Shown one piece after another: positions 38,101-52,628 of a stretch of 64,000 nucleotides of DNA. The stretch is from Leucoraja erinacea (lineage: Eukaryota), in contig NC_073379.1 in assembly GCF_028641065.1 (NCBI RefSeq), forward strand, positions 102,858,001 through 102,922,000, given 5' to 3'. The notes under the pieces are model-generated. The model was not told the DNA's origin and searched no databases. It saw only the letters and a program-made list of their open reading frames with translations. Both the position numbers and the translations under genes were made by a program. Position 1 is the first letter of the stretch. Each line of letters begins with the position of its first letter.

Positions 38101-41100
38101 TAAACAGCGTTTGACAAATTGATGCAATTATTCCGCACAAAATACCTATCTATATTATCAAGCATATTGAAACAGATTGATTATATACTTTGAAACTTAG
38201 ATTGATTGTAAATTCATTGAAACAATTTAAAACGCCCCTTCCTCCTCGTCTCATTTTAAAACGCTATCATAGTAACTCTGAAATGGTGTGAATTATAGCT
38301 GATTTATAACTAACATTCGTGTTTTTAAATGTTTTATTATTTTATATTAATACTATAAGATTAATTCTGCTCATACAGCAAGTGACAACTGCAGTCCGGT
38401 AAAGAGTACATAGAGATTCGGCCTCGCTAATGTGGGTGAAAGTTGATTGCCACGGCATTGAACGTGGTTTGCTATTACTTAGAACCGAAACTCGTTATTA
38501 TTAATTCGCTTGTTCCTCTTGTGCAGGGTTCAAGGGAACATCTAACGTGGAAAGACTAATTCTGCGATCTTTAGTCAAAGCTTCATTTGATATTGCAAAT
38601 CGAATTTTTCTGCCAGATCGATAAATACATGTACCACATGCCAGTACATTTATTGTTCAGGATAGTTTTGACTGTTGTAACTCAGATATGGCAATAAACT
38701 CCGAAGTGCCTACAGCTACAGCTGTTTTTAGTGTGAAATCTAATTTAGCGAAACAATTATTGGGCAATATCTGCTGTGATCTACATCGACTGTGGAGGTG
38801 GTGGGGAACGGGGGGCGGAGGATCAAACGGAATATAACCAACCGGAAAGTGGGATTGTACTGAAAATCGAAAACACCTGGACAGCTGTGTATGTGCGTGA
38901 ATGTGTTTAAAATAAATCTTACAGGGAAACAGTTTAAAACAATGTTTTCAACGTCTTCCGGTACTTATTCGGTTCTCGAAATTGCGCGCCACCTAGCCTA
39001 CAAAATATGAAACTACACAGCAGCACCAGACACGCTGTCTTCAACACATGAGGAGGAAAGCGTCCCCGAAGATCACAACACTGCATAGACAGTGCACCAA
39101 CCATGTAAATGGTGAATGGAAATAAATGGAAATAAATCATTGCGATACTTGTGGAAAATATCAACTGGTTGCAATCGTTTAACTAAATCAATTCGCAAAG
39201 TCAATCAAGCTATGTACCAAACGCATTTGGGCTGAGTTTGTCAATGTTTAAATCTATTCATTTATCTAACAGGTTATTTTGTTTCATGAATATATGCAGT
39301 AAATGGCAAACTATGCACAACTATCTAAATTAATATGCTGCCTTTGATTGTTAAATTTAATTAGGAATCTTCAATTTTAAAGCACAAGATATAGATGGTC
39401 GTATATATACAAAAAGCTTAACAGACCAATGTTATAATCAAGAGGCTTAAAGGGTGCTTAATCCACATTCGTGAATTTATTTTTAAAAAGTCATAAGTCG
39501 TGCAAATAGATTATATTATATTACACCGTGACATAGATTACACGTCGGTTTTAACGTCCGTGCCAATTAATCAGGTAAAATAATAACATATTTATTAGAT
39601 TAATAATATTAATTCAGTTATCCTTCAGCTATAATTTTGCTCACACCAATGGACAAATAACATGCACCCACGTCGGCAAATCCAACTCGAACCTGGGTTT
39701 CCATGAAGCAAGAGAGCCCACAATTGTTTATTTGTCAACTGTTTCAGTAAAATAGCACAAGCAAGCTCAGAAAAATGACATTTTAAGTATTTATTTGCTT
39801 ATCTAAAACATTTAAATTGAGTAAATTATTTCCAAATATCATAGTTATTAGCCCATGCTACAACATACAATGCATCTTCGATACATATTGCAATGCTGGT
39901 TTATAAAAACCCACAGTGCTGGGATGAGGTGACCTATTGTAGTTTTGTGACACGCAATATACTTTATTGAAATAAAATAAAATAAAATAAAAAGAATGGT
40001 CCTGCCAATGTCCTGTACTTTAATGTACGAAGAGTCTTCTACGGATAAAGTTTTCTAATGATAAGATAATGCTAAACGGTTAGATTTCTATAACTGCAAG
40101 GCAAAAAAGAATCGTGTATAAGAACGGGAGCGATTGCACTAAATAACTCAACCGTTTCTAAAACATTGTAAATGATTCCTGGTCTTGCTCTCAAAAACAT
40201 TATCATTATTTCATCTTGATGCTGTTAGTGAACAGTGCTATAACTTCTATAACGGATTTACCATCAAAGGAAGCCCCTACTCGGTTTCGTGCTAGACTGC
40301 GCTGCAATGGTTTATTATAACTATTTTGAGTTTATTTTTAAGAAGTTGTAATTTTAGGCCACGGGAACAACGAATTTCCACATGGGTTCAATGATCTGTT
40401 CCTGCCAGTCGCAATAATATTCCACCAAACGTTGCTGAGTAGTTCATTTGAATTAAATTGGCCATTGGACTACGGCAGGAAAGCGTGCGCGGATTCTTAT
40501 CTAGCAGATATGAAAGAGAAAAGGGGGCGATGAAACAAAGAAACGAAAAGGAAAATTTGAAATAAGCAAGACTAGCTGCCAAAAGCTTCTTCGGGGATTG
40601 TTAGTCACTGTTCATCATTCCTAATGCGATTATTCTTGTTATCGCATTCGAAGTATTTAACCAAGGGGAGGCACGTTCATTCTGTTATTAATTTGGTTAG
40701 ATATCAATGGTAAATCCCATCTATGAATCCAATAAAAGCAAATCCTATAGAGTACGTTTTAAGTAAGTAATCACTTATATTCTCCTTCTCAAAAGCTACA
40801 GCGCAGGGGGTGAGGTGTTCAATGTGTACACTGACCAGAATGCTGATCAAATTGTTGTAAACTGACAATATATTTCACCAAAAACATTAGTTTTTATAAA
40901 GCCCTCACTAAATTAGAATTCCCGTTTTAATTTTCGATTAGCCGTAGATTGCATAATGGGTTCACGGTTGACAGAAAATGCAATAACATTACAACTGTAC
41001 ACTAGATATCTTTTTTATATAACAGTGAATGTAGAGTGTGGATTAACATCGATTTATTGCATTAAGAAGCAAAGAGCATAGAAGCCAACGGCGTTCATCA

Positions 41101-42479
41101 GGACGTCAGCAAATATTCCTCTAATGATCAGGTGGCAGTCGAGCTGCCATTACGTTTTGTTCACGGTTATGCACCAATTGTTTGATTCTCCTCCAGTTGT
41201 ACTGGTGTTGGAAATATTGTTGCTGAGTGAGTGAAGAATGGTATCGAGAAAGATTAGGCAAAATAAGTTAGATCAATTGTAAATAATATAAAGAGGATGG
41301 ATGCTTAACGCCTGTCGAAATGTTCTTTTTAGTAAAGGAGTGTTAATTCCATGCTGCCGGCGCAGTAATATTTGCCATTCCATATTAGGCAATCTGTAAA
41401 TTAAATATTCAGCAGGAGATGAATAAAAAATATTGTCTAAATTGAAGGTGCATGCCTCAGCTGTACAGTCGTGCGGTGTATAATTGCATACGGTTGGGGA
41501 GAATGCATTGTGACACCACGCCTTACCTTCACACTGTCTATATATCAAACGTCCCCACTTGCCACATCTACATGGTGCTGAACGCATGGGATTTCAAACT
41601 TACTTTGATGTGCTTTCAGAATACTGAACTTCACCTGAATGTTTAGCTCCCCCTCCTCCTCTTGTTCCTTATTAAAGCCACCTTATTCCTTCTGTCCACA
41701 GATAGCTATTTAAACTGTCCTTTGTCCTTCGGTGTGCTGTCTTTATAATGTTATGGAAAGCGTGAGTTAAATTTTCACACAGTAATCACGTGCAAAGTTC
41801 GAGGGACGTTAATGTATAATCGGAAGAGCAACAATTTGTAAACCGAATGCTAGTGAGTGGATGAATAGGAAGGAATAATCACTGGACGTCAGATTTTCTT
41901 TTTCTCGTCCACCACGGAGAGAATATTTGAAATATGTGCAGCATTTGAATCGTTAGAAGAAGACTACACGGAAGTATGGTCCTGAAGTTAAATAACCGCG
42001 ATAATACAAAGGCTGGTTAAACTGTGAAAGAAACTTTCCTATGAACTTTAGTTGGAGAGAATTTTCGTAGCTCCCCTTTCCTTTGTACTTAAGTCTCCCT
42101 TTCAGAAAGTGAGTATTCACAAAGACGTCTCTAAATAGTGCCTTGAAAGGTGTTCACATGAGGACACTGTCTCCTTTCTAGTAAAAGAGAGCGAAGATCT
42201 GACAGGTTTTGTTGTCAGTAGTATAGTGAGAGCTTTGTAAGATATTCGTTTTTCTTTCTCCAAATGCTCCAACTTAATAAAGACCCCCTGTCTTAAAGCG
42301 TGCATGCCCCCGCTGTCCCTGTCCACCCCGCGTCCAGCCTGTCCCTAAATTACCCACGTGATGTCTGCTAACATCATTTTAATGATTTTGTCAACATACA
42401 CAGAATTAATTTTCATAAAAATGAAAATGTAAAACGGCCAACGTCCAATGCGAGTATGTTCCTACCCCCGCCCCCACAC

Positions 42480-42504
42480 CCACACACACACACACACACA
42501 CACA
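42480..42504. repeat. (CA)n microsatellite
   Basis: Direct reading. Confidence 0.9.
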
Positions 42505-45500
42505 ACCGCCACCCCCACCCACCCTTCCAAATGTCCCGATGTTGAGTAAGAAAGATTGCTCCTTGACTCTAAATTCATCCCATGTCAAAAGAAAGGATTT
42601 CAAACCTGCAAAAAAAAAATTGCCCCATTCAGATTAGGAGCGTTTATTTCTTGCTTGGCCTTTGAACAGAGGGGTCATGTCACTCAGGAAAGGGCTATTC
42701 CTTCCCTCTCCGTCTCCCCCTCGCCACAACGACACCGTTCACTAGCTCGCACTCGAAACCAACGTCGACCCGGGCTGGCTTTAAGGCAACATGCCACAAA
42801 GATTAAAGATTTGGCATTTTACAAGAAGACGAGGTGCTCCTGTAATCATAGCAGCGGTATGTAGGCCACAAAGTGCTACCAAACAGCTAGTGATGTCCTC
42901 CCTGGAGCGCTCCAGTCTCAGGCTTGTAGGATTTTTATCGACTATTGCTGCTTCGCTCCATACCAAGTCTCTCTATGAATTAACATTAAATATGGCTGAC
43001 TCAATATCAGCAATAAGCCAAATATATTAAAAAGGGCGATGTGGCCAGCAAGGCGTCATTACCTGGTGCATCTATATTAAAAAGCGCCTCGCTTACGCTA
43101 TGCTGTTGGAGGCATTATTTGTTGGTCTTCATTCTGTTTATTTTTACGGACTTTGCTTGGTTATGCAGGGAAATGTATGTTGACGGGAACGTTTAGTAGT
43201 GGATTATTTACGAGGGAATCAGGGGGTCAAGTTCTGGTCTAAGTGGCACATCTGCGAAACATTGAGGGCACTAATTCACCAAAGGCTGCGTTGCTTTTAT
43301 TGTAGACATATTGGGGAATTAGCAAGAGTCCGCGTCCCCCCTTCGCAAGGGGGGGAGGGGGCCTGATTATATCATGATGTATTGCAGGCTCCACGTTCAA
43401 TCTGTAACACTGCAGCTAAAACGTGAGGACGGGAAAAAAAAATCTAACAAAACACTCTAGCCATCCATTATGAAGAAAAATAGGAGCCATGCTGAGAAAT
43501 TAGGTAAATAAATTCTAAATTAGAAGAATATTAACCACAACATCATTCACACAGCACCACGCCTGTCTGGCCTGATGTGCAATTAAATTAAAGCATATTC
43601 GCGTTAGAACGTCCCCCGGTTGTGGGGCCGTCTACACTTTAAAAAAATGCTCACTTTCCTCTCTTTATCTCTGTCGTGGATCCGATGCAGCGATGCTTGT
43701 TTTGGGACGGAGGGACGAGGGAGCGCGGGGGTTATGCTATATTAAATCTAAAAAGACTATATGAATGGTTCCAGCTTTATCTCATAAAACTGTCCCGAAT
43801 GTTCAAAGCGAATGCGCGTCAGTTCATCAATTTCTCCTTTCCTTTTAAAACGATTCAACGTTTACAATAGACCTACCTACCTCGCTCATGTCACTGCAAG
43901 AAGGCAGATGTTATTTTTTCATACGTTTCTTGCAGTGTCTAGGCACATGCATTGCGTTGAAAATGTTCCACTCCGTTCATATTGTTTGCTAAATGATTGT
44001 ATATATTAAACTGAGAAGAAAATGGTGTGATTCAGATCAATCAAACAAGCATATGTGGTTTTATTTTTACCTCAGGGAAATGACTAAAATGTTCAGAAGT
44101 AAAAAGAAATTGTCCTTTCGCCCTCGTCGAAAACGTTGCATATGTAATTTATTTTTAAGCGTTAGGTATCTACCGGTTTGTATTAATCTACAATACAATT
44201 CAAAAATATGTGCCCAGTTTAAAAAAATGTTTTATCTCAATTGGGTGACCTGTGATTGGTATAGTGACAGTCTAGTGTTCGGATTAGTTGTGTGTATATA
44301 GTAATCTATAGAGGGAGCGAGAGACCGTTATAAGATGCAAGCGCCAGTGACTTCTCAATATGTCTGCATTAAAACAAGCCATGATAAAATTGGTCTCAGC
44401 ATGGTGCATAATTGCAACATAATGTTTCCAAATAACATTTAAAGAGATAGTTGATCATAGAGTTAAAATTACAGACTAGCTGCAGTGTACTCAAAACGGC
44501 TGACACTATTGAAGCTGGCCCAGGTGTTAGCAGAACCAGTCATGTTCCCTACTCATGTTTAATTTTCCACATGTGAGTGTGTAATGAAAAATACGTCAGA
44601 TGTATCGAGGCTCAAACACTCCGTAGTCCAAACCGCGTCTCTGTACACGCGGTTAATGTGCCCGACACGAGAAGAAGAATTGTTTGCACATTTAATTAAG
44701 TAAACATGTCCACATATACGATTTGTGCACTGTAGAGGATGTCTTTAAAAATGTATTGACGTCACTGTGATCAGAGTGTATACCAGAAGGAACCTCCTGA
44801 CGCCTCCACTGACTGTTTAAGGTTTCACCCTGTTTATACTCACAGTGCTGAGGCTACAGCGACATTACAACCCAAAGCATCTCATTTATCCGCCTGAACT
44901 TCAAGTGAAGTGTCTCCATTCTGCCCTTCATTAGTGGTCTGCATGTTTCCATTTACTTTACCAAACTAGTCCTTCTTCCCACAAATCAACCCACCCACCC
45001 ATCCAAGGCACTATATTGTTCCCTCATTTGAGTTTGCATTTTTAATTATCATCCTTTTAGAAGCCTATTTTTAATGGCATGTCACGCCATTCGTAAATAT
45101 GTTTCCATGTAACTTCGCTAGGCTTATTCCACAACCGGGCCGTTATAAATCCTTTACTTTTGTTTGCAATCTTTTACTTTCATTTCCGTCTGCCTCTTCT
45201 CCCCCGTTTCTCTGTCGCGCGCACGTACTCACACACTCACACACACGTAAATATAACTGAGATGCACATGCCACGTGTTGATAAATTTGTACTTAATGAC
45301 AACCTAACTCCAATCTCAATAGAAATAAAGCGCTTACTTTTTGCAGACATCCCCTCTGGCCGCTGCCTTCTTTAATTATGTGTGCTACATCTCTTCCCTG
45401 TGGAAAAAAAAGGCCTGGTGTTTTGGATGCAATCTCGGTGCAATGTTTTTTTTTGAGAAGGGACTTACTGCTCCAAACCCAAAGGCTCCCAGTTAAGTGC

Positions 45501-47081
45501 AGATTGAGACATATCGGGTTCCTTATAAAAGGATCATTTCGTGTGGGAGGTTGGACACAAAGTTTGGACTCGTGACTTGCATTCCTGAGCGGCATGCATA
45601 TTTTAAAACAACAAAGCAAGCGAGGAACAAGGCTTAGAGCAAAACAAAAACTTGGAAGTCTGAGCGATGAGAATTACTGTTTAAAAAATATCACATATCT
45701 GCTGTTCTTTCAGAGTGCGGCGGATAGTGTATGTTGCAAATTTGTGGGAACCTTGCTTCAATTATTTTAATAGCTGATTGCTTTGTCTCTTAAGGTTCAT
45801 TTGGAAGGGCATTAAGTATGGTTAAAATATGCAACAGTTAAAACAAGTGACGAAGAAGGCAGGCTAACATATTTACCAGTGCACAGTGATACCGGTTGGT
45901 GCATCAGTAAAACGTGAAGTACTTTCTCAGACTCAGCACGTTGATCCTGACTTGGCGTATAATGACTCCGTTCTTATGTAATGAGTGTAGTTATTAATGG
46001 GAAATCAAATGAGAGAAACTCGGGCGAAATAGTGGCAGCTGAATATATATGGGCAGCGTCACACGGCGTGTGAAACCACAATTCAATGCTTGGTGCCAAA
46101 AATGCGCCTGATTGCTTTATTCATTTCATTCATTAAACATGTGATTATCGAGGTAATAAATGAAAAAGACAAATCCTGACGAAATATCATGTAGGCCACG
46201 TAAACATGTGCCCCCGTGCAGCTCTAGACACGGCTGTGTTCTTCACTAGACTGGATCGATTCTTATTTCTGCCATAAAACACCGTTTGCAACATGTGTGG
46301 AAATTTGAGCCCCGGCAGAAAATAAAATGAAGACGAAATGAGGGAACAAATAGTGAGGACGTGGATATCTCTGTTAGTTGTCAGTGCGGGCCCATGGGCC
46401 GAGAATGCTAATGTGACTGTGCCGTGAAAACTGAAGCTGCGTGTGTGTGTGCAGCGATCGATACCTGACCCATTGGTTTGGGCAATGTTTTATCTAGCCA
46501 AGCAATGATATTATCACCCCTGAACGTTATATACAGCAAACGTCTTCCTAAATCAACACACTGGTTCGCTTACAGAATGCATCTCTGCAGCCCCATTTCA
46601 CAGAATCCTTTACGGATGGGGTGCTTAATATCCGGTAGCATTTATTTTTAATCCATTGCCGCAGCTTGATCTGAGATTCTAGACATGTACATACACAATT
46701 ATGCAGACGTTATCTTGCTCGGTAACACTTTGGATCATGATAGGTGACCTGTATTTGAGGGGAGGTGGGATGGGGAGGAGGTGGATGAAGGGGGTGGGGG
46801 TGGTTTTCATAGCTGGTTGCTGGGATGGTGTGGGGCGGGCGAGGGACAAAGACAGAAGCCACAATGGGTTTTTTTTTAACGTTTTGCTGGAAAGTCCATT
46901 TTAAAGTTTAAACCAAGTTGTCACGTAAGCGGCGATTATATCAGACCATTCTCGTGAACTGATTAAGAAAGAAAACACATCTGCAATCCAGAGCAATGCT
47001 GTTGACCAAGCAATCTGAATGCATCTAACATGTGTTGCCCAACCTACTCTCCCCAATCTACTCTCCACATAATGCCCACCC

Positions 47082-47083
<2 letters not shown>

Positions 47084-47120
<37 letters not shown>
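47084..47120. repeat. (CA)n microsatellite
   Basis: Direct reading. Confidence 0.95.
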
Positions 47121-47123
<3 letters not shown>

Positions 47124-50100
47124 TGCCTACAGCATAAATATTCTGGATAAAGTGCAATACCTTTTGCATTGCAATAACCATTGAACAGATCGCATGGTGC
47201 CATGCCATACATGTGATCATTTGAATTGTGATGAAACGGACAATGATTATTTGCGCAGATATTTGGAAAATATGTTGTCTTCTAAATATACGATATTCGA
47301 TATACTGCGTGTTTTTGTTTGTCTGAGCAATGGCCGAAAGAAAACTTATCACTGTTTGAAAATTAGATGGGCTTCCTTCCCTAGGCCAACAATTTTGAAT
47401 TGCAATTAAATAAATGGCGATCGCACCTCTCTTTAATCAGAACGACCGCAGAAGGACCTAATGGAGTTCCCAGTGGCTGACGCACTACGAATCCGGGCTG
47501 TGCACTTGTCCACTCTCTTCTAAAGATACTGAAATGTGTGATGTGAACTTTTTCAGGCTGATTTTTTCATGGAGTGGGTGGACGCTGGAATTCGGATTCC
47601 TCGGTGTGGGGTTTGAAACGTTTTGCTGACAAGTGGGTATAATAAATGAGGGTCGCTTTCAGATGGATATCTCAGACGTGAAATTGCGCCCAGCTGGTTG
47701 TATAAGCAAACAAATAGTTTCATGTAAGACTCTCGACTTGTAGGTTGATGAATAGAACACGACATCGGTAAATGGGTCTTTAACTCATTTAGGAATAAAA
47801 CTCTTGGCTCTCTAAGTGAAAGACACGGAGACGCCATGTACCCAGAACAAGTCGCTATTTAAAAAAAAGAGTTTTATTAGTTTCCACTCCTTCACCCACA
47901 TTTGCCATTAATTTCAAATGTCACTCAATTACAATGGTCACTAGATCATCAGTGCAAAAAATAAACGAGTCCTAACTTCCACCACACGCACGGAGATTAA
48001 TAGATTTGTTTTGTGATCATAGTTGGTTCGGATGTGCGAGAATTTAACAAATAAAACTGACTTTTCCTATTTGACAAGTGGCATTTGTCTGCAAAATAAA
48101 ACCACCCTTCTTGACAAGTACGATGAGGTGGATGCGTCCAATCTGCGTGGTTTTGAACACTAACTACTTTTCAGGATTAATCTCAACCCTCCGCTTTCTC
48201 CAACACCATATTGAATATAACACCAAGGGATTCGCTCTGCAGCTCACAATCAGGCCGATCAAATATCTTTTTAATCTGTTAGTGTTAAAGCGTTCTCAAA
48301 CTGCAAGAAAAAGTGGCAGGAGTTAAGCGGTGAAAATAGACAGGTGGAATGAAAATAAATCCAATTCGCTCGACTTGAACCGCAATCAACAATTTAAAAT
48401 AAATGGTTCAAACAACAGACAGACAGTACTTAGCCTTTACATAGTTAGATCCCTAAGGGACTTCCTTTTTGATTTTTTAAACAAACATTATGGTTACATC
48501 AGCTTAAAATACACCTGAAAAACACCGGCAATCCATTGGAGAATCTGAAATCAGCTAAAAGGTGGGAACATTAATTGTGATATGAGGCGGTGTAAGGGGG
48601 GAGGTGGAGGGTGTGATGTGGTGAATTCAGTGGTGAAGTTGAAAGCGAAAATGGTAAAGGGAACATAAAAGTATGTATTTAAAGGGCAAATAAAGCCGAG
48701 GGGAAGATAAAAAAATAAGTCTCCGAGGTGAATTCAGGACATAAACGAGAGTCAACACATGTGTGAAAATTCAGGGGCAAACGGAGATCCCAGCAATGCT
48801 TCAGGAAAGTGGGTTCAAGAATTCCAAGAAACAAGAGGGAAGATGGGGTGTTTCAGTAGGTAAAGTCCAAACAGTGAGTTTCACAATAAAAAATTGAGTA
48901 GTGTGAAAGACAAGACGAGCGCTAAAATGAGAATCGAAGCAAACACGGGATTGGGGAATGATGTTTGGGGCAAAAGTATGGGGCGGAATGGAGGATGAGA
49001 CCCAACTTAATTCCGCTTCAACAGTTCAATAATTTGACAGAAATATACTTATTTTCTTATTTTTAAAAATAAGAAGTGCAATGTCTTGTGAAATAATAAA
49101 ACATATTTCCAAACTGAAAGATCATTTATTATAAGAACAATACACAGCTGGCTTCATGTTTTATTAAAAAAAAGTACACTAACATACACTCATCCAGCAT
49201 TTAATTGTTCAGACTCATGTTCGGATTAATTTATGCAATGGTGGCAATATACCCTCCCTTCATCAATTACCAGTCTCCATTTTCTTAACATGTAACACCT
49301 CTTCTTCAAAAAAGGACCAGCTTTACAATTTCAGTTGCTGGTATATAAAGCTCGGGATAATGTTATTGCTCCAATATTGAGTCTGAACTACCTAACTCCA
49401 CCTCCTAAATCACCCTTTAAACTTCCTAGATTGTTGGATTATTTTAATTTCTGAAACATCTTTCCTTGATTCAGGGTCTTATTTCATTTAGAGTTTATTC
49501 CTAAGGCATGACACTAATCCATCCTCTCATATTAACCACGCTGCAAAGTCAATGGTAAAAAGTCACGATGTCACAGCATGTTAGATCCTTCTCGGTAAAA
49601 TAATTTGAGTCCTGCTTTTAACTGCAGAAGAATTTATTGGGGAGGAAAGAACAGCATGATTAGAAATTAAATCATTTGCGAAATTTTATTTAAAATAGGA
49701 AATTAACAGAAAGGAGCATTTGAATTGGGAAACAGTAGTGTGTGGAAATGTGTTTTATTACACAAAAAAAATCACAATTTTGATAGAAATAAATCATTGT
49801 GGTACGCAGAGTACAGGTAAATGATACAGATATAAGTAGCTGGAGAACAGCCTCCAGGACACGTAAGTACATTCTACGTACCAGGCAGATTGGCCACACA
49901 CTGTATAATTCCCAGCTTTTTTGCAAAATAAGTCTGAACGACAGAAATGGAACTATGGATTTTGTGGCCCACATGCTTTGTTTCTGTTCCGCTTTTACGT
50001 GGAAAGACTGAAAATGGTCGGTAGACGATGTTATTTTAGGTAATGCTTTTAATGCTTTTAAGACGCCATATTTGTTTGCTGGTATAAATGATTATGGCTT

Positions 50101-52583
50101 CACATGCTATCAAAGCATTTGAGTGGACTTTCTCCAAGAGATGGGCAGCCTTTAATATAAATATGTTCGTCATCCTCAATACAATCGGCGATTTACTGAG
50201 CCTATATCACAATACATCGTCAAATGTAACAACAAATGTTGAAATCGGGCATCTTGAGTTGAAATTAACCTTTATTTCCAGTTTAAAGGTCGATATATTT
50301 TTAGTAATGCTCCGAAGTTTGCTTTTGAAAAAAAACCCTATTAATATTTGAATATTCAAATTATTTGTATTGGACTGAAAATCTACGGAGATAGCCGCTC
50401 GGTTGCATTTCTTAAATAGAAAATGTAAATTAAAAATAAAACCAAGACAACATTTTGAGAATAAAGCCTTCAGCTGATTGAGTTCAGATACTGACATTTT
50501 GTCAATTTCACAAAATGTCTGCGGAGATTTTAAGTAGTCGGTAATAAGAAAAATAAGCTATCAGTTATTAAACAACATGTGCCCAATGTACAAACATGGC
50601 TTTAGCATAAAGAAAGTGGAATTCAGTATTTACACAGTGGCAGAATTGCGTGTTCAATGGCATCACAGACAACGTCAAGACTTAATTTCTGTAGAATGGT
50701 ACGGCGCGGTGTTAAGGGATGGGGTTTTAACATATGCCGGAATCCAGTCATACGCCTCACAATCAGAGCCATGAAATAGAAAAAAAAATGTGCTTAAAAA
50801 TGGGAATTCAGACAAATAATTAGAAGCAGAGTTTCAAAATACAATTTTTTTTAAATTTTGGAACGCAATTACTACCCCCACAGTTACTGACATGGAATAC
50901 CACAGGACGCCTCTGCCTTGCTCTGTACTACAAGTTTTTTAAGTATTTTAATTGGATTTAACGGTGAAACGATGAAATTTAAAATAATCTATGATGGCTT
51001 TGATGTTGATGGGCGGCCGTGCAAGGGGGTGTAAATGTCGGGGTTGATGGAGGCAGAGGCCTGGGGACAACGCTAATAGCGAGAACAGACAATACGTTCC
51101 CTGAAATTACCCTGAAATATCCAGAATGGTAAGTATAACCAGGGTGTGAACATCAATGTTTATTTTTTGAGGGGGTGTTTCATCTTGACTGCGTAGGCAT
51201 GTATGTTCAGTGTTGCTGCATATGCTGTTTATCACTGCATATAAACAAGTGCAGGAAAACGTATATAGACAATCCATTTACACGTTAATTATTCCATCTA
51301 AAAGAGTCTATGGGCATCGCCTTGTGTATCCCGGAGCTTTGCGACTAGAATGTTAAAAACCCCAAGCGGCCAGATAGCAGATTCTCGTTAAATGTAAATA
51401 GAAATAGAAAGCTTGGAGAGGAAACTGAAGGTGCACACACACGTACACACGCACAAACATTTCACACATACACACGTACAATATACTTTCACTCCCACTA
51501 ACACACAGACATTTGCAGCCACTCTCTCGGATTCACAATGTGCCTTGTGGTGCTTTGCTCGGGCTTGGCTGTTACGTTTAATTTCGATGCAGAGTTGTTA
51601 AAGCTCTCCCATGACAGTGTGTGCTAGAGCTTTGACCCGGATTATCAAACATTAATGAAAGCAGCAACTGAAATTTACAACAGCCTTCCCTGGACAAGGC
51701 ACAGCCGTCTTTACATCTACACTGCTTGCAAGCGATAGGGTTTTCAAATCTTATTCCCAATATTTTTTTTAATCCTGTAACCACTATATAACTTTAATGT
51801 CTTATTTAGAGGATGAGGAGGGAACACAACATTTATGTGAGTGTTAAGGTAGATTATTTTCCAAATATATCTGGGATGGGAGTGCTCTAAAATGTATATT
51901 GTAGATCATCGAAGTGAGATGAATAACACAGACACAGCTACGATAGATCTCTTTTATATCACTTTTGTAACTGTTCCAACATAACAACCATTTTTACAAG
52001 AATATTCCATCATACCAACAGAACAACGCGTTTGCAAGAGTACAGCGCTTGTACTTTTTTTTTTTTTGCTAAACGTTGTTTCTTTAAAAAAAAAACTACA
52101 GGTAAACAGGCTTGGCAGTAGTGATAGGAAAGTTTGGTTACATGATTAAAAACTGGGAGATGAATGGTACTTCAGAGTCTTGGGGTGGGGGCATACAGGG
52201 GAAATTTACGTTTTATTTCCACGTGGAAATTCGGAGACAAGGCGGAGGTAGGATGGGGGCGGTTCTCATAAACAAAATAAAACTTTAATCAAGATAGTCC
52301 TGAATATAAATGAGCAGTTTCAGTCCAACTAATTTCAGAGTTCATGGAGACCTTTGTTAAATGAAAGAGATAAGTGCCTTGGACACTCAGACCAAAACTA
52401 CAGAGGCAATGGGAATCGGCACAGAATACAAATGTTCTTTAGGGGGTCCACTGCGTGAGAGTTTAAAAACACGTTTTCTCTATTAACATTTCGGAGTGCT
52501 CTCTAATAATCTGATCACTTTTTAAAACGTCAGTTTCGCCAATAATGCAGGCTATTCGGTACGCTTAAAGCGACAAAGTTTCC

Positions 52584-52628
52584 TTTATTTTAAACGTTGT
52601 GCTAAATTCTTGTATTTATTTGTTTATT
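52584..52628 (-). terminator. NR2F1: NR2F1 poly(A) signal cluster
   Basis: Three minus-strand AATAAA (tttatt at 52584-52589, 52615-52620, 52623-52628) at the end of the conserved 3'UTR block. Confidence 0.7.

Noticed and set aside
43336-43354. Hairpin CCCCCCTT-CGC-AAGGGGGG
   Set aside because: Low-complexity homopolymer stem with no supporting context.
46758-46825. G-rich tract with G-quadruplex potential (also 60177-60241)
   Set aside because: Common low-complexity feature with no specific evidence of function.
29200-52500. Numerous 60-110 aa ORFs in the intergenic region
   Set aside because: No recognisable domains or exon structure; many use alternative starts or span microsatellites or N gaps.
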